DNA of 64,000 bases from a virus, in IMG/VR virus record IMGVR_UViG_3300025137_000017, positions 32,001 to 96,000 of that record; one strand, given 5' to 3'. Of the stretch, positions 37,873 through 48,550 are shown one piece after another. The notes under the pieces were generated by a model. It worked only from the letters and a program-made list of their open reading frames with translations. It was not told where the DNA came from and searched no databases. The translations under genes and the position numbers were made by a program. Within the stretch, counting starts at the first letter, position 1, and each line of letters opens with the position of its first letter.

Positions 37873-38972
37873 TGTTAGAATTTAAAAATGTAAAGTCAGA
37901 TTTATTTGATTTTAAAGGACAGTCAGTTATTACTCCATGGGATAGACTAAAAAAGTTTATATTCCAAAGTTACCCAGTAGTTGAGATTACAGAAGATCTA
38001 GAAACACTAGACGAACAACTTGAGGTAGCACTAGCACACCAAGGTCAGAGTAATATGATATGGCTAAAGAATAAAAATACGGTGGTCAGAGAAGATTTCC
38101 CCTGGCATTATAGACCTAGTGATATGGGAAGACAGTTCGTACATAAATTTCCAAGAGTAGGTAAACGTAGTAAACGGGCAGTCAGGTGGGGAGAACTAAA
38201 ACTAGTTCCAACTACTGGTTTTGCTCACGGTACTTTTAAAAACAGAATTAATGCAAGTTATCACGATGCAGATTTTGAGATATTTATGATCAGCTTCCAT
38301 GAAGCAGAAGCAGACAGTAACTTTGCAAAACTAAAAGCACAGTATCCTGATGCAAAACATGTTAAAAATATTGAAGGTATTGGTAATGCACACAGAGAAG
38401 TTGGCGAACTATCAACTACAGAAATGGTTTATATTGTTGATGCAGATGCAGAACTACTTGAAAAGTTTGAATTTGATTTTGTTCCTCCAATGGCAAAACG
38501 ACACAACACAACATATGTGTGGAGTGCAAGAAATCCTATTAACGGATTAGAGTATGGCTATGGCGGAGTTAAATTATTTCCTCGTACACAGTTATTGGAA
38601 TTAGGACATGAACTACCTGATTATACAACAGGTGTTGCATTCTACCAACCAATTGGAGATGTATCAAACGTAACAAACTTTAATAAGGATCCATATAGAA
38701 CATGGCGTAGTGCATTCCGTGAGTGTGTTAAACTAGCATCACAGATTAATCCCAATGCTCCCAAACAAGAAACAGTTGACAGATTAGAAACATGGACTAC
38801 AGTTGACAACGGAGGACGTTTCGGACGTTATTGTATTAAAGGTGCATTAGAAGGAAAAGCATATGGTCTTGAACATAAAGATAATGTTGAAGAACTGAAT
38901 AAAATTAATGACTTTGATTGGCTACGTGAACAGTTTGTTGCTAGTATGAAGAAACGTATTACTGCAGATTAA
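37872..38972 (+). CDS. Glycosyltransferase-like protein (GT-A, DxD)
   Basis: IVDADA, NPINGLEYGYGGVKLF and WRSAFRECVKL motifs; ATG overlaps the upstream stop (TAATG). Confidence 0.6.
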   Translation: MLEFKNVKSDLFDFKGQSVITPWDRLKKFIFQSYPVVEITEDLETLDEQLEVALAHQGQSNMIWLKNKNTVVREDFPWHYRPSDMGRQFVHKFPRVGKRSKRAVRWGELKLVPTTGFAHGTFKNRINASYHDADFEIFMISFHEAEADSNFAKLKAQYPDAKHVKNIEGIGNAHREVGELSTTEMVYIVDADAELLEKFEFDFVPPMAKRHNTTYVWSARNPINGLEYGYGGVKLFPRTQLLELGHELPDYTTGVAFYQPIGDVSNVTNFNKDPYRTWRSAFRECVKLASQINPNAPKQETVDRLETWTTVDNGGRFGRYCIKGALEGKAYGLEHKDNVEELNKINDFDWLREQFVASMKKRITAD

Positions 38973-39424
38973 TCTACTAAAGTATCTAACCAATTAGAAC
39001 CATCTACGATACTAGTCTCGTGGATGGTTTTTATTTTCTTGATTATGTCTTTATTGTATAATTGTGCCTTAGCACCATTGTGTAATGGACGAGGCCAGTT
39101 ACCCATCTTAACCCAACAGAATCCATTGCTTTCATCATTTAGTTGTGGTACAAATTCATCATAAACTGTTACAACAAACGTATTGTATACAAAGTTTTTA
39201 TCTGGACTAGTGAATTTGTTTAGTGGATATACTTTCTGTATATCGGGTAATAGCCCAATCTCTTCTTCTAATTCTCTTAATAGTGTTTGTAAAGGTCGCT
39301 CATCTTTTTCAGCTTTGCCTCCAAAGAATCCCCAAGTACGTGGATGGCTTGTATCGCCACTTCTTTGTTGTAGCATAATTCTACCTGTATCCATAGCAAG
39401 TACTAAGCAACCACTAGCGTTCAT
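38969..39424 (-). CDS. NUDIX hydrolase
   Basis: Nudix box GGKAEKDERPLQTLLRELEEEIG. Confidence 0.9.
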   Translation of the reverse strand: MNASGCLVLAMDTGRIMLQQRSGDTSHPRTWGFFGGKAEKDERPLQTLLRELEEEIGLLPDIQKVYPLNKFTSPDKNFVYNTFVVTVYDEFVPQLNDESNGFCWVKMGNWPRPLHNGAKAQLYNKDIIKKIKTIHETSIVDGSNWLDTLVD

Positions 39425-40016
39425 AATCTAATTCCCTAATGACTGTGTCTTGAATTTTTGGATAGTCTACTAATTCCTTTGTCAACATATCGTGAAACTC
39501 ATCTACTCTGTATAACTTGTTGTAACTATGTAACACCTTAAACAGTTTATAATAAAAAGAAGGAGAGTCGTCATTTGTTTCAAAGTATAAATGTTCTTCG
39601 CCATTCCTACACCAAAACAGATTGCGTATATGATGGAATGCTAGACTCCATGCTATTCTAGACATTGTGGATTGTTTTTCTACATGCATATCCACAAACT
39701 CTACTTCAATTGGTAAATCCATAATATTCTGCTTCCATTCATTAAATAATCTAATAGTGTGTAATGATGAATAATTTGGATTTAGATATTCTTTTCTTGA
39801 TCTATATACTAATACATGCTTTATATTTGGGTGATCTCTATGTAGCTCTTGAATAAATCCAGATGACAGTACCTGTAGGTTTAAGAATGACGCTTCAAAG
39901 CATACACTATCAGCTAGTCTAAGTCGCGAGTTCACAACCCTTACAGTTTCTAGAGCACTACCTTTTTTATTATTTAAGAGTTCATGAATACATTCATGAC
40001 CGTCATACCTTATCAT
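39414..40016 (-). CDS. Hypothetical protein
   Basis: Fills the gap in the leftward operon; likely ATG 40016, just after the gp15-like stop. Confidence 0.6.
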   Translation of the reverse strand: MIRYDGHECIHELLNNKKGSALETVRVVNSRLRLADSVCFEASFLNLQVLSSGFIQELHRDHPNIKHVLVYRSRKEYLNPNYSSLHTIRLFNEWKQNIMDLPIEVEFVDMHVEKQSTMSRIAWSLAFHHIRNLFWCRNGEEHLYFETNDDSPSFYYKLFKVLHSYNKLYRVDEFHDMLTKELVDYPKIQDTVIRELDYER

Positions 40017-40017
40017 C

Positions 40018-41376
40018 TTAGATATAAATCCGCCAGAATCCTGCTTTATACATACCTTCATGGCTATTAAACCAATCAGTACCATTCCATTCCAATTGAT
40101 CAGTGGATGAAATATTTGTTACATATTTTTGATCACTTACATTACTACTATCAAAACTTACAACCCATGCAGTACCGTTATATTCAATAATATCATCTAT
40201 ACCTGCAACTGCATTAGTCCAGTTTGTTGATAAAGGTAAGTCCTGAGTCAGTAAGTATCTTTGCCCTATTGCGGCCGCCGATACAGTACCATCACCTGGA
40301 TAGTTTGACTGTGGGTCAATAACTGCATCGATTGCCGATAAGCTATTTGATGGCAATGTGCCAGCATCCACAGTAACAACTAAAGCATTTTTGTTAACTG
40401 AATCAAACTCAAGTCTTCCGATAATATCATTATCGCTATCGCTTGGATCACTTGACTTGCGTAGTCTAAGTTGACTGATACCTTCTCTTAAAGTACCAAA
40501 CGGTTTAAGTTCTGTTGCCCACTCTAATATGTTACCACTAGCATCTAAATTTGTCCCATCCTTATTATACAAGTAAGCCTTGCCATCTTCATATTTTAGC
40601 TTTCTATCTTCAAGAGTAATTACTGTATATTGTAATGTAGTTTTATCAAAACTTTCATTTGCCTGAAACTTATCTAAATTTTCATCATCTAAACTATATA
40701 GTTCGTTAATAATATTATATATAAGTTTTTGTTGTTTAACCTTAGCTGGTGGATTAATGAATACGGGCATGTTAAATGTTAAGGTAGCAACATCAACGAT
40801 ATCATCTACACTTGAACCTACACTACGGCTACTCCATATACTGTTTGTCATCTCAACATAACTTAATGCTGACCAATCAAAGGGATTGTTACTTGTTCTA
40901 ATATTAAGTGTGGGATTAAACAGTACCATAATCTGTTCCAACAACTGTAATTTTTGATCTGTGTTTGAAGTCCATATGTCACAGTTCATAACTAAGTTAT
41001 AAGGAACCGGTGCATGTCTTTCAATAGTATATCTATTACCCACTTCGTTTTTATACTTGCCAGTGGTATCATCCATTTTCTTCTCATATACTTGTACTTT
41101 TTCTTCATACTCTTGGTAAGTTCTGCGATCAGCGGCTAGGTTAAGTTCAGTAACATAACAACTAATAAACGGAACAGTATTAACAATATTCTCTGAGTTC
41201 TCACGAGTAATATGTGCGGCCATACGATTTACGTCACCATAACGAACAGGTGTTTTTTGGTATATAGGTAGCCTATCATCATTAAGGCCCATCTGTACAT
41301 TAAAGCCACTAAACAATCTTATAAATTGTTGAATGTATCTTCTTATTTGTTTATCATAAAAATATTGTTGTGGCAT
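40018..41376 (-). CDS. Tail completion / sheath stabiliser, T4 gp15-like, with a C-terminal extension
   Basis: YFYDKQIRRY, PVRYG, PVPYNL and QLLEQIMVLFNP motifs. Confidence 0.8.
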   Translation of the reverse strand: MPQQYFYDKQIRRYIQQFIRLFSGFNVQMGLNDDRLPIYQKTPVRYGDVNRMAAHITRENSENIVNTVPFISCYVTELNLAADRRTYQEYEEKVQVYEKKMDDTTGKYKNEVGNRYTIERHAPVPYNLVMNCDIWTSNTDQKLQLLEQIMVLFNPTLNIRTSNNPFDWSALSYVEMTNSIWSSRSVGSSVDDIVDVATLTFNMPVFINPPAKVKQQKLIYNIINELYSLDDENLDKFQANESFDKTTLQYTVITLEDRKLKYEDGKAYLYNKDGTNLDASGNILEWATELKPFGTLREGISQLRLRKSSDPSDSDNDIIGRLEFDSVNKNALVVTVDAGTLPSNSLSAIDAVIDPQSNYPGDGTVSAAAIGQRYLLTQDLPLSTNWTNAVAGIDDIIEYNGTAWVVSFDSSNVSDQKYVTNISSTDQLEWNGTDWFNSHEGMYKAGFWRIYI

Positions 41377-42443
41377 TATTCAAAATCACTCTTCGGTTTA
41401 ATAACGTTACTAAGTGGTTGTCTTTCATTAAATTCTTCATTATCAATAATTGTTGTTGCGTCATTGTTAATGTATGAACTTGCATTGTAAGTTTTATCAC
41501 TCCATGTGACATCAGTCACATTATCATATAATCTATTCCATCTGCTACCACGAAAAACAAATAGTCTGTTTGGTTTAAAGTCGTTACGGACAAAGTAATC
41601 GCCATCATTTGGTTCTGTTGGAAACTGGTCACCTGTTGATAATACTTCTCCATGTTCATATACTTCCGAAGTGTCAGGTTGTCCGAACAAGTGTTCAGTT
41701 AATGGTAAGCCTAATGGATCAGCCTCTTCGGCACTTTTTACAATAGCATTACTAATATTAAGTTCTGTTTTGTAAGCACTAAGATCGTTCTTGAGACTTC
41801 CTGGATCATTTGCAGTACCAAGTATATCTGAGTATTCTTGTGTATCTGTAAGTGGTGCAACTTTAACACGCCAAATATGACTATACCACGTTTGACTAAA
41901 ACCTTCACTTCCACGGTTAGCATCTTGTACTACATAAAATTTGTTGACAGCATCTCTGTCATGATCCAATAATAGATCATCTCTTAGGTGAGGCAACTCT
42001 AGAACATCGCCAGGCATAAGTTTACGACCTAGTTTCTCAACCATATCATTTGTATGGAATGTAATAAACAAAGTGTCATTAGTTAAAAACAATCCAAACT
42101 GACTTAGATCAAAGTCATTATCACTTACATTATATACGCCTCGTAATTCAAATATATCTGGATCATACTTACGATCTCTGTTTTCCATGAATAACAAGTC
42201 TTGTATCTTTGTTTCGTTAATGAAGCCTTCTGGATTTGTTTCATCACCAGTAATTAGATCCTTTTCTAAACCACTACCATAGTTAGGTTCACTAGGATCT
42301 TGTTGAGATAATTGTTGTTTAGGTCCCAAGTACTTGTGTACATGTACACCAGTTCCACCAATGTCAAACTGTTCACGGACATTCCAGTCCATAAATTTGT
42401 AATCGTTACCCTTATAATTTCTGTATAAACTTAGTCGTGGCAT
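41376..42443 (-). CDS. Neck protein, T4 gp14-like
   Basis: DLSQFGLFL...DTLFITFH...PGDVLELPHL; start 42443 after GAGGA; late motif CATAAATA (-) at 42463-42470. Confidence 0.75.
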   Translation of the reverse strand: MPRLSLYRNYKGNDYKFMDWNVREQFDIGGTGVHVHKYLGPKQQLSQQDPSEPNYGSGLEKDLITGDETNPEGFINETKIQDLLFMENRDRKYDPDIFELRGVYNVSDNDFDLSQFGLFLTNDTLFITFHTNDMVEKLGRKLMPGDVLELPHLRDDLLLDHDRDAVNKFYVVQDANRGSEGFSQTWYSHIWRVKVAPLTDTQEYSDILGTANDPGSLKNDLSAYKTELNISNAIVKSAEEADPLGLPLTEHLFGQPDTSEVYEHGEVLSTGDQFPTEPNDGDYFVRNDFKPNRLFVFRGSRWNRLYDNVTDVTWSDKTYNASSYINNDATTIIDNEEFNERQPLSNVIKPKSDFE

Positions 42444-42484
42444 ATCAGTTCCTCTTATAATGTATTTATGCAGAAAATAATAGG

Positions 42485-42512
42485 TTGACAATGTCGTAAA
42501 AGATGCTATACT
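42485..42512 (+). promoter_or_regulatory. Sigma70-like promoter
   Basis: TTGACA-16 nt-TATACT with TGn extension. Confidence 0.7.
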
Positions 42513-42543
42513 GAATAAGTATTAATTATTAGGAGTTATCTAA

Positions 42544-43821
42544 ATGGCTAAAATTTCAGTACCCAAGAAGTCTCGTAAAACAAAGAACCGTGCTGCCGTT
42601 AGGCGTAAGACTGGTGTCATTACCATTAATTGGGATGGTGCAATGGAAATGTCAGGGCAAGAGTTCGGTAAAAAGCGAAGAAATGCAACTGATGAACTGT
42701 ATCAAACAGTTAAGCATGTCGAGATAATTCCTTTCCTTCACACATGGATGAAGAAAGAAGAATATAGTAAAGACGACATTAAGGCAGTTAAGGCGGCTCC
42801 ACATGTGCCAATTAATGCGGCCATTAATGCTAAGTTACTATTAGATGGTATGCCAGACTTACATCAAGGACATGTAGACTATTGGACTGCATTACCAGGC
42901 ACTGGTGATGAACTAGCACCAGCAAGTGATTATATAAAAAGAACTATTGTTATTGCAATTAAAGAAGGTACTCCTTTAGTAGAAGCAAAGGCTGAAGCTG
43001 ATGCATTACAGAAAGAAAAGAATACAAAGTACTATAAACCTTCAATACAAGAAGTTATGAAAGAAGCAAGTGTTCGTATGACGGAAGAGATAGAGGAGTT
43101 TGTAGAACAATTTATTATTGACTGTGATCCTGCAACTGTTAAGAATTTTGAACCACATAAAGTATTAGTAAAAGTAGGAGCAAAGGCAAATCATGCTCGT
43201 ATTATTAGAACACTTTATGAGGGAGAGTTTAGTGAGTTTACAGAACTTATGAACTTACCTAATGCTACACAACGTAAGAAGTTAAGTGAGCATGACTTAG
43301 ATATGATTGAACAACTAGAAGAAGGATATGCTCATTTTAGTACTGCCCAAAAGAAAGCGGCACTAGAAATGTACAAGAAGATTCTTGATGCTTGTGATAT
43401 GATTATTACTACACAGAAAGCAACTAAGAAACCTCGTAAAGTAAAAGAGAAGTCAGCTGACCAATTGGTTGCTAAGATGAAGTATAAGAAGGTTGATAGT
43501 AATTATGGCATTGCTAGTGTAAGTCCTAGTGGTTTAATTGGTGCCGTATGTGCCGTAGTGTTTAATACTAAGAATCGTAAGTTAGGCGTATATGTTAGTG
43601 TAGATGAGGATGGATTTAAAGCAAGAGGTACAACTCTACTAAGGTATAATGAAGATACAAGTCTACAAAAGACACTTCGTAAACCACAAGAGCAACTAAA
43701 CATCTTTAAGAAAACGACAAAAGCTAGAACTATTAAAGAGTTTGAGTCTACTAAGACAACAGAAACAAAGCTCAATGGTAGGTTTAATGATGAAACTGTT
43801 ATTCTGGCTGTATTTAAATAA
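42544..43821 (+). CDS. Hypothetical protein (425 aa, basic termini)
   Basis: AGGAG RBS; C-terminal FNTKNRKLG..Y...GTTL...KTLRKP...NGRFN motif; function unknown. Confidence 0.7.
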   Translation: MAKISVPKKSRKTKNRAAVRRKTGVITINWDGAMEMSGQEFGKKRRNATDELYQTVKHVEIIPFLHTWMKKEEYSKDDIKAVKAAPHVPINAAINAKLLLDGMPDLHQGHVDYWTALPGTGDELAPASDYIKRTIVIAIKEGTPLVEAKAEADALQKEKNTKYYKPSIQEVMKEASVRMTEEIEEFVEQFIIDCDPATVKNFEPHKVLVKVGAKANHARIIRTLYEGEFSEFTELMNLPNATQRKKLSEHDLDMIEQLEEGYAHFSTAQKKAALEMYKKILDACDMIITTQKATKKPRKVKEKSADQLVAKMKYKKVDSNYGIASVSPSGLIGAVCAVVFNTKNRKLGVYVSVDEDGFKARGTTLLRYNEDTSLQKTLRKPQEQLNIFKKTTKARTIKEFESTKTTETKLNGRFNDETVILAVFK

Positions 43822-43841
43822 ATACAGTTAAGGAGAATAAC

Positions 43842-44579
43842 ATGAGTGCAAAATCAGATGTAATTAAAGAAATGGAACTACGCCTAGGTGGTGGCATGGT
43901 TGATGTAGAGTTGGACCCAGAGCATTATGAACTGGCAGTTAATAAAAGTCTACAAAAATACCGACAACGGGCAGAGAATTCTGTAGAGGAAAGTTATATA
44001 TTTCTGGACTTACAAGAAGATCAAAATGAATATACTCTTCCAGTAGAAATTGTTGAAGTTAGAGATATCTATCGTAGAACAACAGGTGTAAGTAGTGGAA
44101 CAGGTAATGATATAGAACCTTTCCAGGCCGCATTTATGAATACATATCTTTTAAATTCACAAGGTAGTGGTGGTCTTGCAATGTTTGATTTTATGCATCA
44201 GTATCGAGAATCAATGGGAAGACTATTTGGTGCTGAAATGATGTTTACATGGCGTCCTCAGGATCATAAACTTCTAGTACACCGCAAAATAAAATCTGCA
44301 GATACATGCATTTTGCATTGTTATAATCATCGTCCAGATCAAAACATTCTTGTTGATACATATGCAGGACCCTGGGTTAAGGATTATGCATTTGCTCACG
44401 TTAGACTAATGTTAGCAGAAGCACGTGGTAAATTTACACAGATTGCAGGTCCACAAGGTGGAACTACAATGAATGCAGATCAACTTCGTACAGACGCAAT
44501 GACTGAAATCGATAAACTTGAGCAAGAGCTAACACTATATAGTGAGGGCTCAACAGGTTTAAGTTTTGTGATTGGTTAA
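43842..44579 (+). CDS. Neck protein / head-tail adaptor, T4 gp13-like
   Basis: RLGGGMVDVEL and WVKDYA...ARGKF..IAGPQGG..MN motifs; late motif AATAAATA at 43817-43824. Confidence 0.82.
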   Translation: MSAKSDVIKEMELRLGGGMVDVELDPEHYELAVNKSLQKYRQRAENSVEESYIFLDLQEDQNEYTLPVEIVEVRDIYRRTTGVSSGTGNDIEPFQAAFMNTYLLNSQGSGGLAMFDFMHQYRESMGRLFGAEMMFTWRPQDHKLLVHRKIKSADTCILHCYNHRPDQNILVDTYAGPWVKDYAFAHVRLMLAEARGKFTQIAGPQGGTTMNADQLRTDAMTEIDKLEQELTLYSEGSTGLSFVIG

Positions 44580-44588
44580 ACATATACA

Positions 44589-44617
44589 TTGACAACTCAA
44601 AAATTAAAGCATATAAT
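44589..44617 (+). promoter_or_regulatory. Sigma70-like promoter (probably gives a leaderless mRNA)
   Basis: TTGACA-17 nt-TATAAT; ATG lies 6 nt downstream. Confidence 0.75.
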
Positions 44618-44623
44618 AATATT

Positions 44624-45253
44624 ATGAAAAAGGTAATTGGTATATGTGGCTTAATAGGCCACGGTAAAGATACTGCGGCAGGCTTTCTAATCTCAGAAGG
44701 CTTTCAACGTATCAGTTTCGCAGGTGTATTGAAAGATGCATGTGCTAACATATTCGGTTGGGATCGTATCCTACTGGAAGGTAACACACCTGAAAGCAGA
44801 GTGTTTAGAGAAACAGTAGATACTTGGTGGGCTAAACGTTTGGATATGCCAGACTTTACTCCAAGACTAGCATTACAAGTAGTTGGTACTGATGCTTTAA
44901 GAACACATTTTCATCCAGACATCTGGGTTGCGGCCTGTGAACGCCAAATTGAAATGACAGACAATAACGTTGTTATTAGTGACTGTAGATTCTTTAATGA
45001 ATTAGATGTTATTAGACGCTTGGGAGGATCAACTGCCGTTGTATGGAGAAATGAACGACCAATGTGGTGGGCTACTGCTACTAGTATCAATACATGTGGA
45101 CATAAAATTCCAGAGCATAACAGTATGTCAGTAGTATTTCCAGAAATACACAAAAGTGAATGGAGTTGGGCAGGGTGGAAATTTGATTATGTGATAAATA
45201 ACACCACTTCTCTTGAAGATTTAAAAACTCAAGTCCTAAATAGCCTCAATTAA
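44624..45253 (+). CDS. Deoxynucleoside monophosphate kinase, T4 gp1-like
   Basis: GLIGHGKDT P-loop, TPRLALQVVGTD, VISDCRFFNE and HKSE motifs. Confidence 0.9.
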   Translation: MKKVIGICGLIGHGKDTAAGFLISEGFQRISFAGVLKDACANIFGWDRILLEGNTPESRVFRETVDTWWAKRLDMPDFTPRLALQVVGTDALRTHFHPDIWVAACERQIEMTDNNVVISDCRFFNELDVIRRLGGSTAVVWRNERPMWWATATSINTCGHKIPEHNSMSVVFPEIHKSEWSWAGWKFDYVINNTTSLEDLKTQVLNSLN

Positions 45254-45355
45254 ATACATATATAACTCTATAATAAGCACTATTTTGGCTTATCCTATAA
45301 ATACGAGTAGAACAAAAATGTTTCTACAAACGTTATTTTTAAAGGAGAATTCCAA

Positions 45356-47812
45356 ATGGCAAATCTTGTTTCACCTGGCGTACAGGTTTCAGTAACAGAC
45401 GAGTCAGTATACGGTCCTGCAGGCGCTGGCACAGTCCCAATGTTGTTTATTGCAACAGGGCAAAATAAAACAGATCCTACGGGCACAGAGACTGACGGTA
45501 TTGCAAAATATACCAAAGCCGTTAATTGTGGTAAACCTATCCTAGTAACATCACAGAGAGAACTAACACAGTACTTCGGTAATATTGATTTCCGTACAGT
45601 AAGTGGTACAGTTCAACAAGGTGATGAAACTAATGATTATGGTCTACTAGCGGCATATAGTTTCTTGGGCCAAAGTGCGGCAGCTTACATTGTGAACGCA
45701 GACGTAAACGTCACACAACTTCGTCCAAGTTCAGCTGAACCAGTTGGTCCAGCGGCTAATCTAACTTATTGGGTAAACCCAACACTATCAAAATATGGCA
45801 TATATGAATATAGTGCCGCAAGTATTTGGGTAGCACAAACACCAACAGTTGAAATTGTAACAACTGCCGGAACTGCATCAGCAGCTGTTGTTAACGATAC
45901 TTACTTAGTAGAAGTTGTTAACGGTGCTTCTAATACACAAATTATATACTACAAAGGCACAGGCGGCAATTGGGTAGCAGTAACAACAGCCACCAATGCC
46001 ACATATGCTCCACACTATTCAGTTCCAACTTCACCAAGTACAGGTGATATATGGGTTAAGACAACAACTCCAGGCGCAGGCTTAGATGTTGATATTTCAC
46101 TTTACTTAACTTCAACTGCAACATTTGTAGCAAAAACACCAGTTTATGCTAATGATCATGCAACTGATCCAACAGGCGTTGTAGGAGACATTCAACAAGA
46201 TGGTACTGCAGGCGTAGCCAATAGTAACTTGTCTGACGGAGAGATTTGGCTATCAATTAACGATGGTACTGGCGTAGTTGAAATTAAACGTTGGGACGAT
46301 ACAGCGGCTCAAGAATGGGATGATATCTCAACTTCTTCAGCAACTGCAACTGGCGGATACATTATGAGTGTATCAACAACACAACCTTCAGGTTCACCAG
46401 TAAACGGTACACTATGGTTTGACCCAGACGTAAACGACTTAGACATTTATGAAGCTGCTCTAGACAGTGGTGTACAAAAATGGCTTAAAGTAAGTGACAT
46501 CCAGTATATTAGTACTGCTCCATTAACAAATAAAAGTGGCGGAGCTCTAGGAGACGGTGACTATTGGATTGATACTGATGCATCTGGTTATCCTGTAATT
46601 TACAGACATAACGGAACATCATGGATTGTTAAAGATAAAACAGACCAAAGCACAAGTGCAGGTGTTGTATTCGGTGATATTACTGATTTAGCAAGTGCAG
46701 GCGGCGCCTTTATTGCGGCTGCAGGCGTATTAGCAGGCGGACCTAATCCACTGGTATATCCAGTAGGTATGTCAGCAATTAACATGTGTCGTTCAGCAGC
46801 TACTGTTAAAAAATACAACAGTTCACTATCAACTACATGGAAATGGCGTAACTTTGCAGGCAACCAAGCAGATGGTTCAGGATCATTTGGTAGACTTGCA
46901 CAACGTAGAGTTATTACTAATGCACTTCAGTCGGCGGCTGGTGCAACAGAACTTCGTGAAGAAGCAGTACAATTCCGTTTAATCGCTGCTCCGGCATATC
47001 CGGAACTATTTGATGAAATGGTTACACTAAACAGTGATCGTAATGAAACAGCATTTATTATTGTTGATACACCATTCCGTATAAATGCCACAGAAGCAGT
47101 TACATGGATTGACGGTACTGCCGCAACAGAGAACGGCGAATCAGGACTAGTAGGAAAGAATACTTATTCAGCAGCTTATTACCCAAGTGTACTAACAACT
47201 GATCCAGTAAGTGGCAAGAGCGTTGTTGCTCCTGCATCACATTCAGTACTATACACATATGCATATAACGACAACGTTAGTTTCCAGTGGTTTGCTCCAG
47301 CAGGACTAACACGCGGTATTGTACAAAATGCAACAAACGTTGGTTTCCTAAATAGTGAGAACGAGTTTACTCCACTATCACTAACACAAGGTTCACGTGA
47401 TGCAATGTATGTTAAGAAACTTAACCCAATTGCAAGATTTCCTGCAGAAGGAATGGTTGTATTTGGACAGAAGTCATTACATTCAGGTGCAAGTGCATTA
47501 GATAGAGTTAACGTAGCACGTTTAACAGCATATCTAAGAGAACGATTTGCAGTTATTGGCAGACCTTACTTGTTTGAGCCAAATGATGCAAACACACGTT
47601 CTAATGCTAAAGGTACGTTTGAAGGATTTATGTCAAACATACTAGCACAAAGAGGTGTATTTGACTATGCAGTAGTTTGTGATACAACAAACAACACTCC
47701 TGCGAGAATCGATGCTAATGAATTATATATTGATGTAGCGATTGAGCCAACTAAAGCGGCTGAATTTATATACATTCCAATTCGTATCGTTAACACAGGC
47801 GAACTTAGTTAA
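45356..47812 (+). CDS. Tail sheath protein, T4 gp18-like
   Basis: LVSPGVQV, WFAPAGLTRG, FGQKSL, LDRVNVARL and FEPND motifs; TATAAATA at 45296-45303. Confidence 0.95.
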   Translation: MANLVSPGVQVSVTDESVYGPAGAGTVPMLFIATGQNKTDPTGTETDGIAKYTKAVNCGKPILVTSQRELTQYFGNIDFRTVSGTVQQGDETNDYGLLAAYSFLGQSAAAYIVNADVNVTQLRPSSAEPVGPAANLTYWVNPTLSKYGIYEYSAASIWVAQTPTVEIVTTAGTASAAVVNDTYLVEVVNGASNTQIIYYKGTGGNWVAVTTATNATYAPHYSVPTSPSTGDIWVKTTTPGAGLDVDISLYLTSTATFVAKTPVYANDHATDPTGVVGDIQQDGTAGVANSNLSDGEIWLSINDGTGVVEIKRWDDTAAQEWDDISTSSATATGGYIMSVSTTQPSGSPVNGTLWFDPDVNDLDIYEAALDSGVQKWLKVSDIQYISTAPLTNKSGGALGDGDYWIDTDASGYPVIYRHNGTSWIVKDKTDQSTSAGVVFGDITDLASAGGAFIAAAGVLAGGPNPLVYPVGMSAINMCRSAATVKKYNSSLSTTWKWRNFAGNQADGSGSFGRLAQRRVITNALQSAAGATELREEAVQFRLIAAPAYPELFDEMVTLNSDRNETAFIIVDTPFRINATEAVTWIDGTAATENGESGLVGKNTYSAAYYPSVLTTDPVSGKSVVAPASHSVLYTYAYNDNVSFQWFAPAGLTRGIVQNATNVGFLNSENEFTPLSLTQGSRDAMYVKKLNPIARFPAEGMVVFGQKSLHSGASALDRVNVARLTAYLRERFAVIGRPYLFEPNDANTRSNAKGTFEGFMSNILAQRGVFDYAVVCDTTNNTPARIDANELYIDVAIEPTKAAEFIYIPIRIVNTGELS

Positions 47813-47831
47813 TAAACATATACTTAACTAC

Positions 47832-47867
47832 AAGAACGGTGTCCAGAAATAGGCGCCGTTCTTTTTT
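47832..47867 (+). terminator. Intrinsic terminator after the sheath gene
   Basis: AAGAACGGTGTC...GGCGCCGTTCTT followed by TTTT. Confidence 0.8.
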
Positions 47868-47921
47868 GACTGTTTTGCATAAATAATACTATAGACAAAC
47901 ACTTTTAAAAGGAGATTTAAG

Positions 47922-48539
47922 ATGGCTGTAATTGCAAATTTTGGTGTACCGGTATCCGGAGGTGGTGATGCCACTCTAATGCCGAAACTACAATATCGTT
48001 TCCGTGTCAAGTTTACAAACTTGGGAAACAGTAACAACGGAGCTCTAGTAACTAAGAATGTTATTAGTGTAACCCGTCCAGCACTAGACCATGAAGATGT
48101 TACAATTGATGTATACAACTCAAAGATTCGTTTAGCTGGAAAACATACATGGCAGGACATTACACTCGTTATTCGTGACGATGTAAACAGTGATGTTATT
48201 ACACAATTAGGAAATCAAATTTCCGCACAAGTTAACCATGCTGGTCAGAGTTCACAAAAAAGTGGCTCAGCTTATAAGTTTGGAATGACAATTGAAACAC
48301 TAGACGGAGCCCACGATGAAGGCGATGCTGGTGTATTAGATAGTTGGGATATTGCAGGTGCATTTATTCCTAGTATCCAATATGGAGATCTAAACTACAG
48401 TTCAAGTGAGTTTGTTCAGTGTACTATAACTATTCGTTATGATAACGCAGCTCATAACATTGGTACAGCAGACGTACTAAGTGGTAGCACAATTACAGCT
48501 GGAGCCGGAGATAGTTCAGCAGTAACAACTACAACATAA
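47922..48539 (+). CDS. Tail tube protein, gp19-like
   Basis: PKLQYRFRV, AGKHTWQDI and LNY..SE...TIRYDNA motifs; follows the sheath; CATAAATA at 47878-47885. Confidence 0.85.
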   Translation: MAVIANFGVPVSGGGDATLMPKLQYRFRVKFTNLGNSNNGALVTKNVISVTRPALDHEDVTIDVYNSKIRLAGKHTWQDITLVIRDDVNSDVITQLGNQISAQVNHAGQSSQKSGSAYKFGMTIETLDGAHDEGDAGVLDSWDIAGAFIPSIQYGDLNYSSSEFVQCTITIRYDNAAHNIGTADVLSGSTITAGAGDSSAVTTTT

Positions 48540-48550
48540 GAAGATAGAGA

